DNA of 64,000 nucleotides, from positions 36,993,417 to 37,057,416 of the forward strand of contig NC_057719.1 of assembly GCF_004010195.1 (NCBI RefSeq). The letters run 5' to 3'. Source of the DNA: Chiloscyllium plagiosum. Its lineage: Eukaryota. The translations under genes were made by a program, and so were the position numbers. How positions within the stretch are numbered: position 1 is the stretch's first letter; every line of letters starts with the position of its first letter. Positions 1 through 13,289 of the stretch are shown here, piece after piece. Below the pieces are notes generated by a model. It was not told where the DNA came from, ran no database searches, and saw only the letters and a list, made by a program, of their open reading frames with translations.

Positions 1-380
1 GGGTGACCTTATAGAGGTTTACAAAATTATGAGGGGCATGGATAGGATAAATAGGCAAAGTCTTTTCCCTGGGGTCAGGGAGTCCAGAACTAGAGGACAT
101 AGGTTTAGGGTGAAAGGGGAAAGATATAAATGAGACCCAAGGGTCAACGCTTTCACGCAGAGGGTGGTGCGTGCATGGAATGAGCTGCCAGAGGATGTGG
201 TGAAGGCTGGTACAATTGCAACATTTAAGAGGCATTTGGATGGGTATATGAATAGGAAGGGTTTGGAGGGATATGAACCGGGTGCTGGTAGGTGGGACTA
301 GATTGGGTTGGAATATCTGGTCAGCATGGAGTTGGTCCGAAGGGTCTGTTTCAATGCTGTACATCTTTTTGACTTTATGA
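1..380 (+). mobile_element. CR1-clade LINE 3' end
   Basis: Encodes GDLIEVYKIMRGMDR...RTRGHRF...WNELPE, followed by a 3' UTR matching other copies in the window (e.g. reverse complement of ~54780-55160). Confidence 0.85.
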
Positions 381-1853
381 CATGTTCCTAACCACTGAAG
401 GTGTAGTTCGTGTTGCCCTCGGTGTACAGCACAATAAGGAAGAATGAACAGAAGAGGTTAGCTATTCAAAAACAGAGGAGGGAGAAAATGCTCTCAGCAA
501 GAGGACATATTTTCAGCCACAAATTCCCTAAACTCAATGAGAAAGACTCAGTTTCATGAAGGACTTGTTCATTGAGATGTGCCACCTGTTGCAGGTCACT
601 CTGCAGTCTAAATTAGGGCAAGACTAGCATAACTACTGGCTGTAACTGTGACCAGGGCTTTGAAGTTTTTCAAGCCAAGACCTGTTGAGGCTAGTGTGGG
701 CATCACCTCCAACATCTCATAATTTTTATGGCCACTGATGCTCTGCATGCAAAAGGAGGGGAATATGTTATAACTTTCTCTTTCTGGAGTCAGATGGTGA
801 GACTGCTTTGAGAAGCTGCAAACCCCTTTGAGCACTGATACATGCCACATTGGCTGCAGTCTCAAGGTTCATGGCAGAAAATTGAACTTGCTTGACTTTC
901 AGTTAAGTTTTTTCTGCAATGCCGCAGTGGAAGCTGAGGTATCAGCTATCAGATGCTACCACATGTTCAGACCCACAGTGTGGAAGTTCAGTGGGCCCAC
1001 TACTTCCATACTGAAAATGAGATACTCCAAGCTCTATGCAAGGTGTTGTCCAACTTCTCAAAGCTTCCTGCCAACATTCATCAGAGAATCCATGTGTTAT
1101 TGCATTCTCAGGTGAGTATAACTTAAACTATACTCTCCCCTACCCTAGCTTCAGACCACTTAGGTTGGTATCTCCCCATGTTCAGTTCCTCCCTCTAAGT
1201 TAACCTCTCAAGTATGTATGCTTGAATCAGTGGCTGTGAATGTGACATTTGGGAATGGTATTTCTTCCCCATACTGTCTTCCTGGTATTTCATCACTGCC
1301 TGGCCAGGTAGATTTCTAAATTTCTAGATTTCAGAAGGACAAAGATACTAAATTCTACTGACAACAAGGAATGAACATATCAGATATATATTTAAACCAT
1401 CTGCAGCTTGATTATTAGAAGTAATTGTGGGTGAGGGGGAAGTAGAATAGTACTATCATCTTCCACATATTCAGCCCTATCATTGGCTACCAGTTCAGTT
1501 ATGGCTGCTCCAATGGAGGCAACTACTATCCTCCCTCCATTGTAATTTTATTCCCTGTCTTGTTGCTGCTACTTCCGCAAATAAAAGAGGGAAATGAGTG
1601 AGTGAGTATGCCACAATACATTTAGGTAATGTAACTGGCTGGCAGTGAGTGCAAGCTATGAGATGTGGGTGTACATGGCAGCAGTACTGTGGGAGAATGA
1701 GGTGAAGCTATGAATTATCGTAGATGTGCAAAGTTATCTGGTGCAGTTGCTGGATATGGCATTTGAAGTTGCATTCATCAACCTTGGCCACTTATAAAAG
1801 GTTACTGAACTTGCTTTGATACAGTTAACTTCAGATGCTGGGAATAGACAGCT

Positions 1854-2173
1854 TACAGCCCGAAGCACTCAACATTGAGTTGTCCAATTTCAGGTAACCT
1901 CCCTCTCCGTCCCCTGACTCCCTTCCCACCCCCACCCCCTCCCCCTCCCTTCCACCCCTCCCTGCCAGCAACTGGATTCAGTCCTCCCATTCACCAACCA
2001 GGTCCCTATCCCCACCTCACCACCTTGCTCCCACCACCTCTTTTATCTGCAGCTCCCCTTACACCCACCCCCCAGTCCCCACCCCCAGAAAGGTTACACC
2101 TGAGATGTTGACTCCTCCACCTCCTGATGCTGCCTGGGCTGCTGTGTTCTTCCAATCTCTTGCTTGTCTATTT
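1854..2173 (+). mobile_element. Penelope-like element 3' terminus, decayed
   Basis: C/T-rich UTR plus the ...gatgctgcctgg...ctgtgttcttcca tail. Flanked by TSD tgggaatagacagct (1839-1853, 2174-2188). Confidence 0.7.
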
Positions 2174-2687
2174 TGGGAATAGACAGCTGACATTGACACT
2201 GTTAGTTATGTGCTCCCATTGCATTTGGGATGCTTGTCTGATCCCCTAAAGATAATGCACCTCTTTTTTTCTTTCCTCTCTCTGCATCAAGGCTTCCAAT
2301 GCTTTTCCAGGAAAAGAAGCTCTGACATGTCATGTCACTCTTGTGTTTCTCCCAGATTAAGCATATAGAACGACTTCCAGCATTTGCTCTTGTTACCTTC
2401 TCTTTAAGAGGTCCAGACTAGATTAAAACTTCTCACCACTGACTACGTACTGCCACAGTGGTTTTATAACTAAGTAGCACAAAGTTTGCCTGCTGCCTGG
2501 CTGGAAGCAATGGGTACAGGTTAATTCTGCATCGCAATTCCCACATCATTTTCTAGGCTGTTATAATTCACATGACCGCAGTGTGTGTGAAATTTACAGG
2601 TACAACATTCCCAAAACGGCTGCAATTTCCATCTCTCAAATGATGTTCACATTCATAATTCAACAAATAATTGATTACAGACTTCAC

Positions 2688-2748
2688 CTGTTGAATTCTG
2701 CAAACCAGGACCTCGTGAACTGGGTGAAGGTGAAGAGCTTGCATCCTC
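2688..2748 (-). CDS. EVL: EVH2 linker exon: EDASSSPSPSSRGPGLQNST(x)
   Basis: ttttaaccag|GAG GAT GCA...TCA ACA G|gtgaag; 61 nt, phase 0 to 1. Resembles EVL EDPSTSPSPGTRAASQPPNSS. Confidence 0.88.
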
Positions 2749-3030
2749 CTGGTTAAAATAATAACAGCAATAATTCTAATTGTTATGATTTTCCTTGTCA
2801 AAAAGAATTTTACTGTTTTTTTCTTTTTAATAACTTGTACTAATGCCGCTTAAGAGCTTTCTGTTAACTACTCTTTGTCCTTTTGTCATTTAGATCAAAC
2901 CTTTTCTTTTGAGAACATGTCAGTAATACTTTATATCTGCCTTCATATCTGCAGCATGAGTTTGTCATTTACTATTATGTAAATCTGACCTAATATGTGC
3001 TTATAAGGAAAAGAAAAGCTGATTACACAC

Positions 3031-3091
3031 ATTCTGTGTTTCCTCCTCTTTTTTGTCACTTGCTTTATCTGTTTGTTGGGCAGCTTTCCTC
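3031..3091 (-). CDS. EVL: EVH2 exon: (R)RKAAQQTDKASDKKEEETQN
   Basis: ctcccttttcag|G AGG AAA GCT...CAG AAT|gtgtgt; 61 nt, phase 2 to 0. Resembles EVL RKAASQSDKPAEKKEDESQ. Confidence 0.9.
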
Positions 3092-3699
3092 CTGAAAAGG
3101 GAGAAAAATAAACACATTTCAGTCTTATGTTGTTGTTAAAAATAATTAGGCCAGTTGCAACAGAACTTTTGCGAGTCTTTTTCCTGCTCCGAAGTGACTA
3201 ATTGTAAACTGAAATTTTTCTCACATTTTGCAAAAAAGTCTTCTACCCATTATGCTGGAGAGCATTTTAATTTGGTAAGTGAATAAGTGAAAATATTCAG
3301 CACATTTCTTTTCATTCTGCTGTGCCACTGCTTTTCAGAGTTAACTCAACCATGTTCCCTGCACATAGTCAGGCTCTGTTTAGAATCAGCTTCAATGATT
3401 TATCCGTGTTTTTTTGTAGTTGGTTCAACTCAAAGGACTGAAGAAGGCTAAAAGAAGAAACAGATGGCGTAGTGATGGTATCGAGCTCAGCCAGTTGGAC
3501 ATCATAGAACTTGAGTTCCCTCACTGGGGCTGTAAATCTAGTCCAATCAGGGAGCCTTGGCTGACAGGAGTGTCAGAGGTTCTGTTCACTCTGAGAACTG
3601 GCTCTGAGGAAGGCTAAATCAGTGTCAAGGACTCTTCACATGTAAATAAAGGGTGACTTGGTCACAGGATACCAGCCTCTGTGGAGTTTTTCTAGACAG

Positions 3700-4480
3700 G
3701 TTATATGAGTGGGCAATGATGTGGCAAATAGAGTACAAATGTGGCAAAATGTGGAATTGTCTGTTTTTGCAGGTAAATTTTTTTTAAAAATTCTAAATGG
3801 TGAGAGATTGCACAGCTCTGAGATGCAGAAGGATCTGGGTGTCCTCCTGCGGCATTTGCAAAAGGTTAACATGGAGATATGGCAAGAAATTAGGGAAGTT
3901 AATTAGAATGTTAACATTTATTGAGAGAGGAAATATACACAAAGGAGCGAGATCATGTTTCAGCTATACAGGGCACTGGTGAGACTGCATTTGGAAAACT
4001 GTGCACAGTTTTGGTCACTTTATGAAGGAAGGCTATAAATGCATTAGAGGTAGTTTGGAGAAGGTTACTAGATTATTATCTTGGATGCATGGTTGTCTTA
4101 CTTGGAAAGGTTGGACAAGCTAGGCTTGTATCCACTGGAGTTTAGAGAAGTAATAGAAATGTAAAAGATCCAGGGGGTCTTGACAGGGTGGAAGTGGGCA
4201 GAATGTTTCCTTATATTGGAAAGCCTTGACCTAGAGTTCATTATTTAAAATTCAGGGGTGGCCCCTTTAAATCAGAGATAAGGCAAACTATTTTCCATCA
4301 GACATTTGTGAATCTTTAGAATTCTCTTCCTGAAAAGGTGGTGGAAGCAGAATCTTTGAATATTTTTTACTCAATCGGGGTAGGCGGGAATAAGGATTTG
4401 AGGTTACAAGTAAATCTTATTGGATGGCAAAACAGGATTATTGGGCTGAATGGCCTACTTCTGTTCCTAATTTATATGCT
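3700..4480 (+). mobile_element. CR1-clade LINE 3' fragment, decayed
   Basis: WQM, QKDLGV and LVRLHLENCAQFWS-like remnants with frameshifts, ending in the aatggcctact...tcctaat tail. Confidence 0.8.
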
Positions 4481-5652
4481 TGAATAAAAGGGAAACTGTA
4501 CATGGGATGACCAATGACTGCAGATGTGTCCTGGCAGCTATGGTGAATGAATATCATCATATTGGTACCTTATGGAATAGTTGTGCCACTGCCAGAATTG
4601 CTCATCTCGATCCACTGGCTATGTTTCAAACTAAAATGAAAAGTCCAAATGGCTTTTGGAAATCCCAGCTGTTGCAGACAAAGGGTTTTAACAGATCTCT
4701 TAATTGTCCTTAGTTGTCAACCCACTGCTAAACAGAAGGTGATGCATTCCAGTGCTCACCCAGCCTCTCTAAAATGGTTGTGGCTCATGAACTTGGCACT
4801 GAATCAGCCAATGGTGCCAGTTTGTGGGCCTGGTCATCTCTGGTCCTGGCCTCACGATCAACTAAACATCCTGCCTTCAATGTTTGTCAATTCCATTCTG
4901 CATTATGAACGCTAGAAATTGATCAAAATTGGCCAATCACATCCCTTGCATTATCTCAGCTGTTCTTTTAGTAGAGATGTAACAATTGCTGTTCTACTTT
5001 TCTTCCGTATAATGCACCTTGCAAGAGTTTGCAAAAATTATGGTTTGTGGCTTTGTTCCCTCTTCCCAACCACATTCAACAGTCTGGCCTGCAATTTAAT
5101 GCAATTTCATTTTGAATAAGGGTCTTCACCAACGATTCATTCATCATCTTCTAAAGGCAGACTTCCAATTTCCACAATAAAATAATTGCTCTATTATCCT
5201 GTTACTGACACATCAAAATGGCTCTCTTTATCTCGAAAAAGTCTTTCTCTTCTTTACGTCATTTCCTTAAGTGTGTGCTTTAAATTCATCTTCATTCATA
5301 TTAATTGTCATCCTTAATTCCTAATTTTCCTAAACTAATCTCCTTCTTTCCTATACAAGATATTTATTCTATTTTTCATAGTTTGTTTCAAAGCAATTTT
5401 ACTTTAATCTTCCCAATTATCCTTGGAAACATAATGTTCATACATCACCTTAACTCTTAGTCTTTACCTGTACCTATACAAGCTGTGTTTAAATATCTGC
5501 TATTACTGGTGCCATTTTTTCCAACCAGTTAATTCCATCAGGTTCATCTATCATTACATGATGGACTATACAATATTTCTCTGTAATATTTGTTCTTAAA
5601 TTGTCTAGTTCATCACACATTTAGATCATGCTATCACTGGCTTAGCACATAC

Positions 5653-5786
5653 CGTTTTGCGAGCAGTTTATTCATTTCATCCATTAATCCTCCTCCTCCC
5701 CCAGCTGCTGCTGCCCCACAGCTGTTCCGATTGGTTTCATTCTTTGACACTCCCCCAGGACTGGAGCTTCCTGAACCTTCTTCAGG
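5653..5786 (-). CDS. EVL: EVH2 exon with the start of the FAB motif: [44 protein letters not shown](R)
   Basis: ttgtttgcag|CCT GAA...GCA AAA CG|gtatgt; 134 nt, phase 0 to 2. GGGLM(D/E)EMNKLLAKR is the EVL form of FAB (VASP: MNAMLARR; Mena: MSALLARR, as recalled). Confidence 0.93.
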
Positions 5787-5954
5787 CTGCAAACAAGTTT
5801 AGAGATGGAAGATTATGATTTGGAACAATCTCTGTTTGCTAAACATTTTAATATAAACTGTTCAATTTACCAAATCATATTCTTTCAAGGTACTAAGTAA
5901 TAACATCTGAAATTTTAACTTGTAATACTTCTTATGTTAATATAGATTATCATA

Positions 5955-8900
5955 ACATAGAAACATGAGTAGGCCATTCGGCTTTTGAGCCTACTTCATT
6001 ATTTACCTGCATCGGAGATAACTATCTACCTCAACATCATTTCTCCCCAGCTATATCCATATCACTGGATGTCATTAGTCTTAAAAGTCTGTTGACTTTT
6101 GATTTGAACATGCTCAATAATTAAGTTAAATCGAAGAGTGAAGAAATTTCTCCTCATCTCAGACCTAAACTCTTTGTCATGAAAGTATACCCTCTGGTTT
6201 CAAACTCAACTACCTACCTATATCCACCCTATCATGCCATTTAACAATCTTCAAGTTTCAATGAGATTATCGATCATTCTTCAAAATTCTAGAGAATAAA
6301 GACTCAGTCAACTTGATTTTGTTTAAGACAATCATGCCATCCTGTAGATTAATCTGATGAATTTCCATGCTCTATAACAGTATTTCTTTTATTAGGTAAG
6401 AAAACAGAAACTGTACACTGTACTCTAGGTCATAGAGTTAGACAGCATGGAAGCAGACCCTTCAGCCCACTCATCCTAAACTGAACTATTCCCATCTGCC
6501 TGCATTTGGCCCATGTCACTCTAAACCTTCCCATCCATGTACCTGTCCAACTGTCTTTTAAATGTTCTAATTGTACTCACCTCATTCACTTCCTCTGGCA
6601 GCTCCTTCTATACACACACCACCCTCTGTGGGAAAAAGTTGCCCCTCAGGTCTCTTTTAAATCTTTCCTCTCATAAACCTAAGCCTTCCAGTATTAGATT
6701 CCTCTACCCTGGGGAAAAGATCTTGGTTATTCACCTTACTTATGCCTCTCATGATTTTACAAGCATCTATAAGGTCACCCCTCAACCTCCTATGGTCCAG
6801 GGAAAAAGGTTCTAGCCAATCGAGCCTCTCCTTATTACTCAAACCTTTCAATATTGGTAAAATTCTTGTAAATCGTTTTGCATCCTTTCTAGTTTAATAA
6901 CATCTTTCCTATAGCAGGGCAACCAGAATTGTAAGCAGTACTCCAAATGTGGTCATATCGTTGTCTTAGACAGCTGTAACATGCCATCCCAACTCCTGCA
7001 CTCAATGCTCTGACCGATGAAGGCAAGCTGCCTAAATGCCTTCTTCACCACCCTGTCTACCTATGATACCACTTTCAAGGAACTATGCACCTGACCCCAA
7101 GATCTCTCTGTTCAGTAACACTCCCCAGAGTCCTACAATTAACTGTGTTGATCCTGCCCTGGTTTACCTTATTAAATGCAACGCCTCACATCTATCAAAA
7201 CTGAACTCAATTCGCCATTCCTTGGCCCACTAGCCCAGTTGATCAAGATCTCATTGTATTCTTAGATAACCTTCTTCACTGTCTACTCCACGACCAATTT
7301 TGGTCTCATCCTCAAACTAGCTAACCATGCCTCCTGTATTCACATGCAAAATGTTTATGTAAATAATGAGCAGAAGTGGACCCAGTACCAATCTTTGCCA
7401 CACACCACTGGTCGCAGGCCTCCAGTCTGAACAACAATCCTCTACTACCACTCTCTGTCTCCTACCGTCAAGACAATTTTGTATCCAGTTGGCTTTCCCT
7501 GGATCCCATGTGATGTAGCCTTACTAACCAATCTACCATGTGGAATCTGGTGTGTGCTTTCACAAAGACTTTAAACAACTGTGGTAAGACATCTATACTT
7601 TTGCACTCAGCTCTCTTTGCAATGAGGACCATCATAACATTTGTCTTCCGAATTGTTTGTTGCTCCTGCATTTTAGCTTTGAGTCACGCATGAATGGGGG
7701 CATCCAAGTCTCTTTAAACACGAGTACGTCCAAAGCTCTCAAATTTAAGAAATTTTCTGCCTTTTTGCTTTTTCCACCAATGTGAATAATTTGGCAATTA
7801 CATTATATTTTGTCAGCCATGTTCTAGCCCATTCACATATTCTATCCAAGTCTTGTTGGAGTATCATTGCATCCTCCATAGGACTTACATTTCCACCCAA
7901 TTAATGTCATCAGCAAAGTTGGAAATCTTCCAATTGGTCACCATATTCAAATTATTTATAAAGATTGTGAACAGCTCTGGACTTAGCACTGATCATTGTG
8001 GTTACTCCACTTGAACAGCCTACCATTCTAAGAATGAATGATTTGTTCCTACACTGTTTTCTATATATTAACCAGCTCTTAATTCATTTTAACATATTTT
8101 TCCCAGTCCCATGCACTCCTGATTTTTATTTAAAAGTCTCTTTGCGGAACTTATCAAAAGCTTCCTGAAAATCTAAATATACCAAATCCTTCAGCTGTTT
8201 TATCAATGCTACAATATCCTTAAAACTCTAATAACTTAATTTTTAAAAATCCATATTGATTCTGCCCAGTTTTAACCATTCTTTTCAAAATGTCCAGTTA
8301 TCACATCCTTTATGATAGGTTCTACCATTTTCACATTACTGACATCAAACTAACAGACCTGTAGTTTTCCATTCTCCCTCTTCTTTCTTTCTGAAATTGG
8401 GGAGTTACATTTACCACTTTCCAGTTCATAAGAACCTTTCCGTAATCTATACATCTTTGAAAGATAACCACCAATGCATCCATTATTTCTCAAGCCACCT
8501 CCTTCAGAACTCGAGGATGACACTTATCTAGACCAGAAGATTTGTCAAATATCAATTTACTCAACTTTTCAAATGGTACCTCTTTATAACACAAATTTAG
8601 TTTAGTTTCTCAATTTCACAGGTCCCTATTTTGCCTGGAGAATTCTGTATGTTTTTCCATGAGCACAAACGCAAAGTAACTGTTTATGTCCTTCACCCTG
8701 TTGCTGTCCATTAGAAATTCTCCTGCCTCAGCTGAAAGGACACAGAAGTGGTTCTAGCTCATTTGTTCCTTTTTTCCTCCCCAAAGAAATTATTACAGCC
8801 CAACTTTACGCTGCTCGCTAGTTTCTATTTATAGTCTCGTTTCTTTTTTAATGAATTTCTTGGTCCTTTTTTGCTGGGTTCTAAATTGTCTCCCAATCCT

Positions 8901-9560
8901 CAGACTTACCACTTCTCTGGCATCTTTTAAATCACTTACTTTGTTGCAATCCAACCTTTAACCTCTTTTCAATACCATGTTTGATTCACCTTTCCCTTTG
9001 GATATTTGTGACTTAGACAACTGTATGCCTGCTGTAGACCATGTAATATTTCTTAAAAACAAACCTTCGTCTATCTTTTACGGTATTTTCCCAAACCATG
9101 GTATTCAACTGTTCCCTCATATTTTCCTTGTTTCCTTTCTTCAAGTTTAAGGCCCTGGTTTTAGAATGAACTATATCATATCAAATATAATGCAATATTC
9201 TACCATACTCTGGTCACTACTTCCCAAAGGCCCTATACAACAAGGTTATTAATTTGCCTTTTCATTGCAATAACACTAAATACAAAATAGTCTAGCTTGG
9301 CCTGACTCCTCGATGTACTGCTCCAGAAACCCATCTTTTACACAATCCAGGAATTCACTCTGCACAGAATTAGTGCTGTTTTGGTCAACCCAGACTACGT
9401 GTACAATGCAGTTTGCCATAATTACTGCATTGCCCTTATTACACACATCTCTATTTTCCTGATTTAGACCATGCCCAACATTACCACAACATTTTGGTAG
9501 CCTATAAACAATGCCTACCAATGTTTACTGCTTGTGTTGTTCCTTAGCTCCACCCAAACT
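5955..9560 (-). mobile_element. Long decayed CR1 LINE (endonuclease to RT to 3' end) with a second CR1 nested at about 6430-7545
   Basis: ORF 9276..9521 (VGIVYRLP...FLDCVKDGFLEQY) is endonuclease-like. ORF 6657..6851 has LRGDLIDACKIMRG. Two separate 3' tails. Confidence 0.8.
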
Positions 9561-9901
9561 TATTCTAATCTTAATACTATCGGTTAACATCCTTGCAACA
9601 CCAAAATTGGTATCTCCTTAAATCAAGCAGTACAATTAAATTGTTCTGCTGAGTTCAGGTTCCCATCCTGTGTGAATTATGCAATCCCTCCCCTTTCCTC
9701 TGCTGACAGAAATGGACCAGTTGGAAATGTGGTGAGAACTCCAACATCTGGATTCTATCCAACATTTTCAAATGTTCACAGAGTCTTCCAGACTTCATGC
9801 AAAGCCAGTCCAAAGATTATTCTTTAACAGAAGAAAACTAATTAACTGCAAATTCATCACCTCACAATTATTTTAAGCAAACATGACCAGCTTAGATAAT
9901 T

Positions 9902-10165
9902 GGGGTCAGTTAGCTCAGTTGGCTGGATGGCTGGTTTCCAATACAGAGTGATGTCAAAGCACGGGTTTAATTCGTATGCTGGCTGAGGTTACAAACATTC
10001 AAAAGGAAAGGTGAATTAAATGTGGGTTACCATGAGGGTCTCTCCTTCTCAATCCCTCTTCTCATCTCAGGCATCGTGACCATCAGGTTAAACCACCATC
10101 ACTTAATCTCTCCGTAATGAGAGAGTAGCACTATGGTCTGGTAAGACTATGATGACTTTATCTTT
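9902..10165 (+). mobile_element. tRNA-headed SINE-like element
   Basis: A-box-like ttagctcagttgg and B-box-like gggtttaattc, followed by a SINE-like body. Confidence 0.5.
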
Positions 10166-11009
10166 ATTACAAGTGGAACATTACCAGTCTTTTTTATTGC
10201 AGCGTGATGTCACAACATTGTAATGTTTTGAGCAGAAAACTGTCATTCCAATCTCAGAACTCACTCTAATAACATCTTTCTTATAATATAGAAACCAAAA
10301 TTGAGCACAAAATGCCAGGTGTACCTTTAACAAGACTTTAATAACAGTTTCTCAGGCATACATTCAATATTTTATGTATTTATTTGCCATCTATAAACAC
10401 TACATGGGCAAGAGATTCTGTCAATTGATCCAAGTATTAATCCAGAATGCATTTAAGTATTTTTTAAACTAAGTCCTTACTGTGAAGCTAATGTGTTTAG
10501 ATGATCTAATGGCAGGAGATGGGCTAGCTTTGTGATTGATACAACTTATTGTCTATATAAATAGCCACAGGAAAACAGAATGTGGTTTATTAACCTGGAG
10601 TATATATTGTAAAAGAATTGCATTCTCTCAATTATCACATTGTATTCCAATCTGAAATAATTTACTGTGTATTATTTGCACTGCAATTCTCAATCCGAGG
10701 AAAATGTCAAATGGTGTCATAGCTGAAGTGATAAACAAGTGTAAGTTAGAGTCACTGCATACCATGTGAAAAACATACTCTCATATTAGCAGTTGAATAA
10801 TGCGCACCAATTTATAATATCAACATGCAATAAAGGTACTGAAATGGTCCCGAGGATTTTAAATGCTGATTTGGGTACAGCACTCCACAAACTACACCAC
10901 AAAAGTTATTTCCAAAGAGCATGAAGTGGCTTCAAATCCCCAATTTATCAAAAGGTGTCTCAATTGTTTGTAAACACAGAAGTATTTAAAAGAAAAGTAA
11001 GACTCCTAC

Positions 11010-11248
11010 CCGACTGGTTTTCCTCAGTTTGGCTCCAGCAAGTGCTGCTGCCAGACCTGAAGCTGAAGGTCCATCATCACCTCTAGCCCCTGGGCTTCCA
11101 CAAGCTGGCAATGGAGGGGGAGGAGGTGGCCCACCTCCAGATGCTGGTGGAGGCCCTGGTGGCGGTGGAGGTGGTGGGGGACCACCAGCAGGAGGTGGCG
11201 GGGGACACACACTTTGGGTTGGGGGTCCTCCAGGAGGCATGGAGGGAA
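11010..11248 (-). CDS. EVL: Proline-rich (profilin/SH3-binding) region plus G-actin-binding GAB motif: ...[13 protein letters not shown]...[16 protein letters not shown]
   Basis: ttttatttcag|TT CCC TCC ATG...AGT CGG|gtagga; 239 nt, phase 1 to 0. GLAAAxAGAKLRK is the Ena/VASP GAB signature. Confidence 0.95.
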
Positions 11249-12101
11249 CTGAAATAAAAGTAGAAATAAATTTAAGTACTTCAAGAAGATCATCAATTAG
11301 AAAGAAAGGTCAAAATGCTATCATGTACTGTTGAAAACAGGTTAACGTTGAAGTAAGTAAAGATGCATAAAATGTTAATGTTTCATTGCACTTTGAAATT
11401 GAAGAGAAGGCAAATTTAAAATGTATGTTATCTGGTTAGTCTTGCAGCACAAAATTGAATACCAAAAGATTAAAGGTCAAAATAAAGTGTAATAGCATTT
11501 AATTACAATATTTAATATAATTGGTGTAACTACTTTCAATTGACTAAGGGGATTACTTGAAGTACCTTTCTCTCTAAAATAAGTCATTTTAAAGGACTAG
11601 CACAATAGATTGATATAAGCCATATGTTTGCTTTATGCTTTTACCCTAAAATAATTTGATTTCTTTTCGCCTTTATCTCAAATCATAATCTGAATTAAGC
11701 AGAATACTGTAGCATTCACAGGTTAACCAGTTACAGTGGGCGAGTCTGTCAATTTTGGTAATTACAAAACAATTGTGCTTGGGTGCATTTCCATGGGATA
11801 TTACAGTAACATGTCATTAGAATCCAGATTTCAGATGCTTTATTAGGAAAATAATAGGATGAAAGCAAGTGATATGTCTACAGAATGGCATTGCAAAACT
11901 AAAAAAGATACTTTAAAATAAAACTCATCATATCTTCTCCATTAAACTAGTCCTTTACAATTTTGTATGCATCAACAGTCATTTAAGAATGAACTTTTTC
12001 TATATTCAAACCAAGCAGAGAAAGACAAAAAAAAAGCCAAGAGATGCTATCAACAAAAATCCACACACAGGTTGCATGACTTCCAGCACGACATCACTTA
12101 C

Positions 12102-12983
12102 CCGCCTGGGTAATGGCAGTTGAAGTAACTGATGTCATGGGAGATGGGGTCTTCTTGGACATTGCTGCTTCAGAGCAAGCAGCATAAAATGGAGGAGATG
12201 TAACAAAGTGTGAGGTGGTTTTGTATACCTGCTGTGCAGGGAGTGCAGATGAAGATGACAACTGTGGGTGGATTTGGCAACTGGAAGGACTACTTAAGAA
12301 TGACACTTGAGATACAGGAGTAGATGCTAAACTAAATGTGAAAGAGCCCTCTGTACTTTTTACTGGGGACTTGGAGGTCAGGTGAGTTGCTGTTTGCAAA
12401 CGATCTTCATCCTGACCATTCTGGTTTGTGGCTGATGGAGCTACCTGAACCACAGAGTCTATAGGTCTTTTAATCTTGCTATCACACACACGAATAACGG
12501 GAAGAGCAATTGGAATTATAGGCTGTGGTCCAACAGCCCTGTGGGGAGGAGAAGTGATCATCACGGGGGGAGATGGAGGTAGAGGAGAAGATGTAGTAGA
12601 TGAATCAGAGACAGATTTAGGGAGCAACGGTGGTGGGTGGGTGGGAGAAGGAGGAGGGGATAATGGGTTCAGTCTAACACGCTGACACCTGCTTCCTAGG
12701 TTTGGCTGCACAGGAGAAAATGCAGAACTTATGGAAGCAGATAATTGTGGCATTGAGGTTGGAAGAGGTGGAGATTCAGTATGTGCATTTCTCAATGTTA
12801 GCTGGCAAGGATCGTCAGCAAATACTTCTTTAGGAGAGGTTGTGGAATCAAAGGATGTAGCTCTGGCATAAGATGGAGGAGGGGCAGTACCCGAAGGTAC
12901 AATCACACTGTAGTTACTGTACTCAGGTGGAGGAGATTGGCTATGAGAAGGGGAAGGAGAAACTTTGATCTGAAGGGTAGAAA
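12102..12983 (-). CDS. EVL: Large Ser/Pro-rich, probably alternative, exon (294 codons) of the Ena/VASP-like gene
   Basis: Lies inside the 320-aa ORF 12094..13056. Long polypyrimidine tract ending tgctgcttag|TT TCT ACC; donor CAG GCG G|gtaagt. 882 nt, phase 1-1 symmetric, no stops. Confidence 0.8.
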
Positions 12984-13289
12984 CTAAGCAGCAGTGGAAA
13001 AAGAAGAAAAGAAACAGTGAGTAGAAAATACTATAAATCAAAAAGGCAAAGAGCAATTAAAATTTTAGAATATTCTATCATAATTGGAAAAACATACTGA
13101 CAGAGAGATGGGAATAATCTTTTATTTCATCTTGATACACATCAGACCTTTTGAGGTCAGTATCAAAATATCTGCCCTATGAACGTATGGCCACTTTTTA
13201 TTGTGGTAAATGCTGACATCAGAACCTTTGACAGAAATGATCATATTATCCATTTTCCCAATGAGAAGATGATTGCAATGATCTGAATG

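Noticed and set aside
11029..11334. Gly-rich plus-strand ORF (also 12476..12685 and 5590..5802)
   Set aside because: These are antisense shadows of the real minus-strand exons.
12102..12969. Alternative acceptor cttcag|ATC for the large exon
   Set aside because: Phase 0, incompatible with the phase-1 upstream exon.
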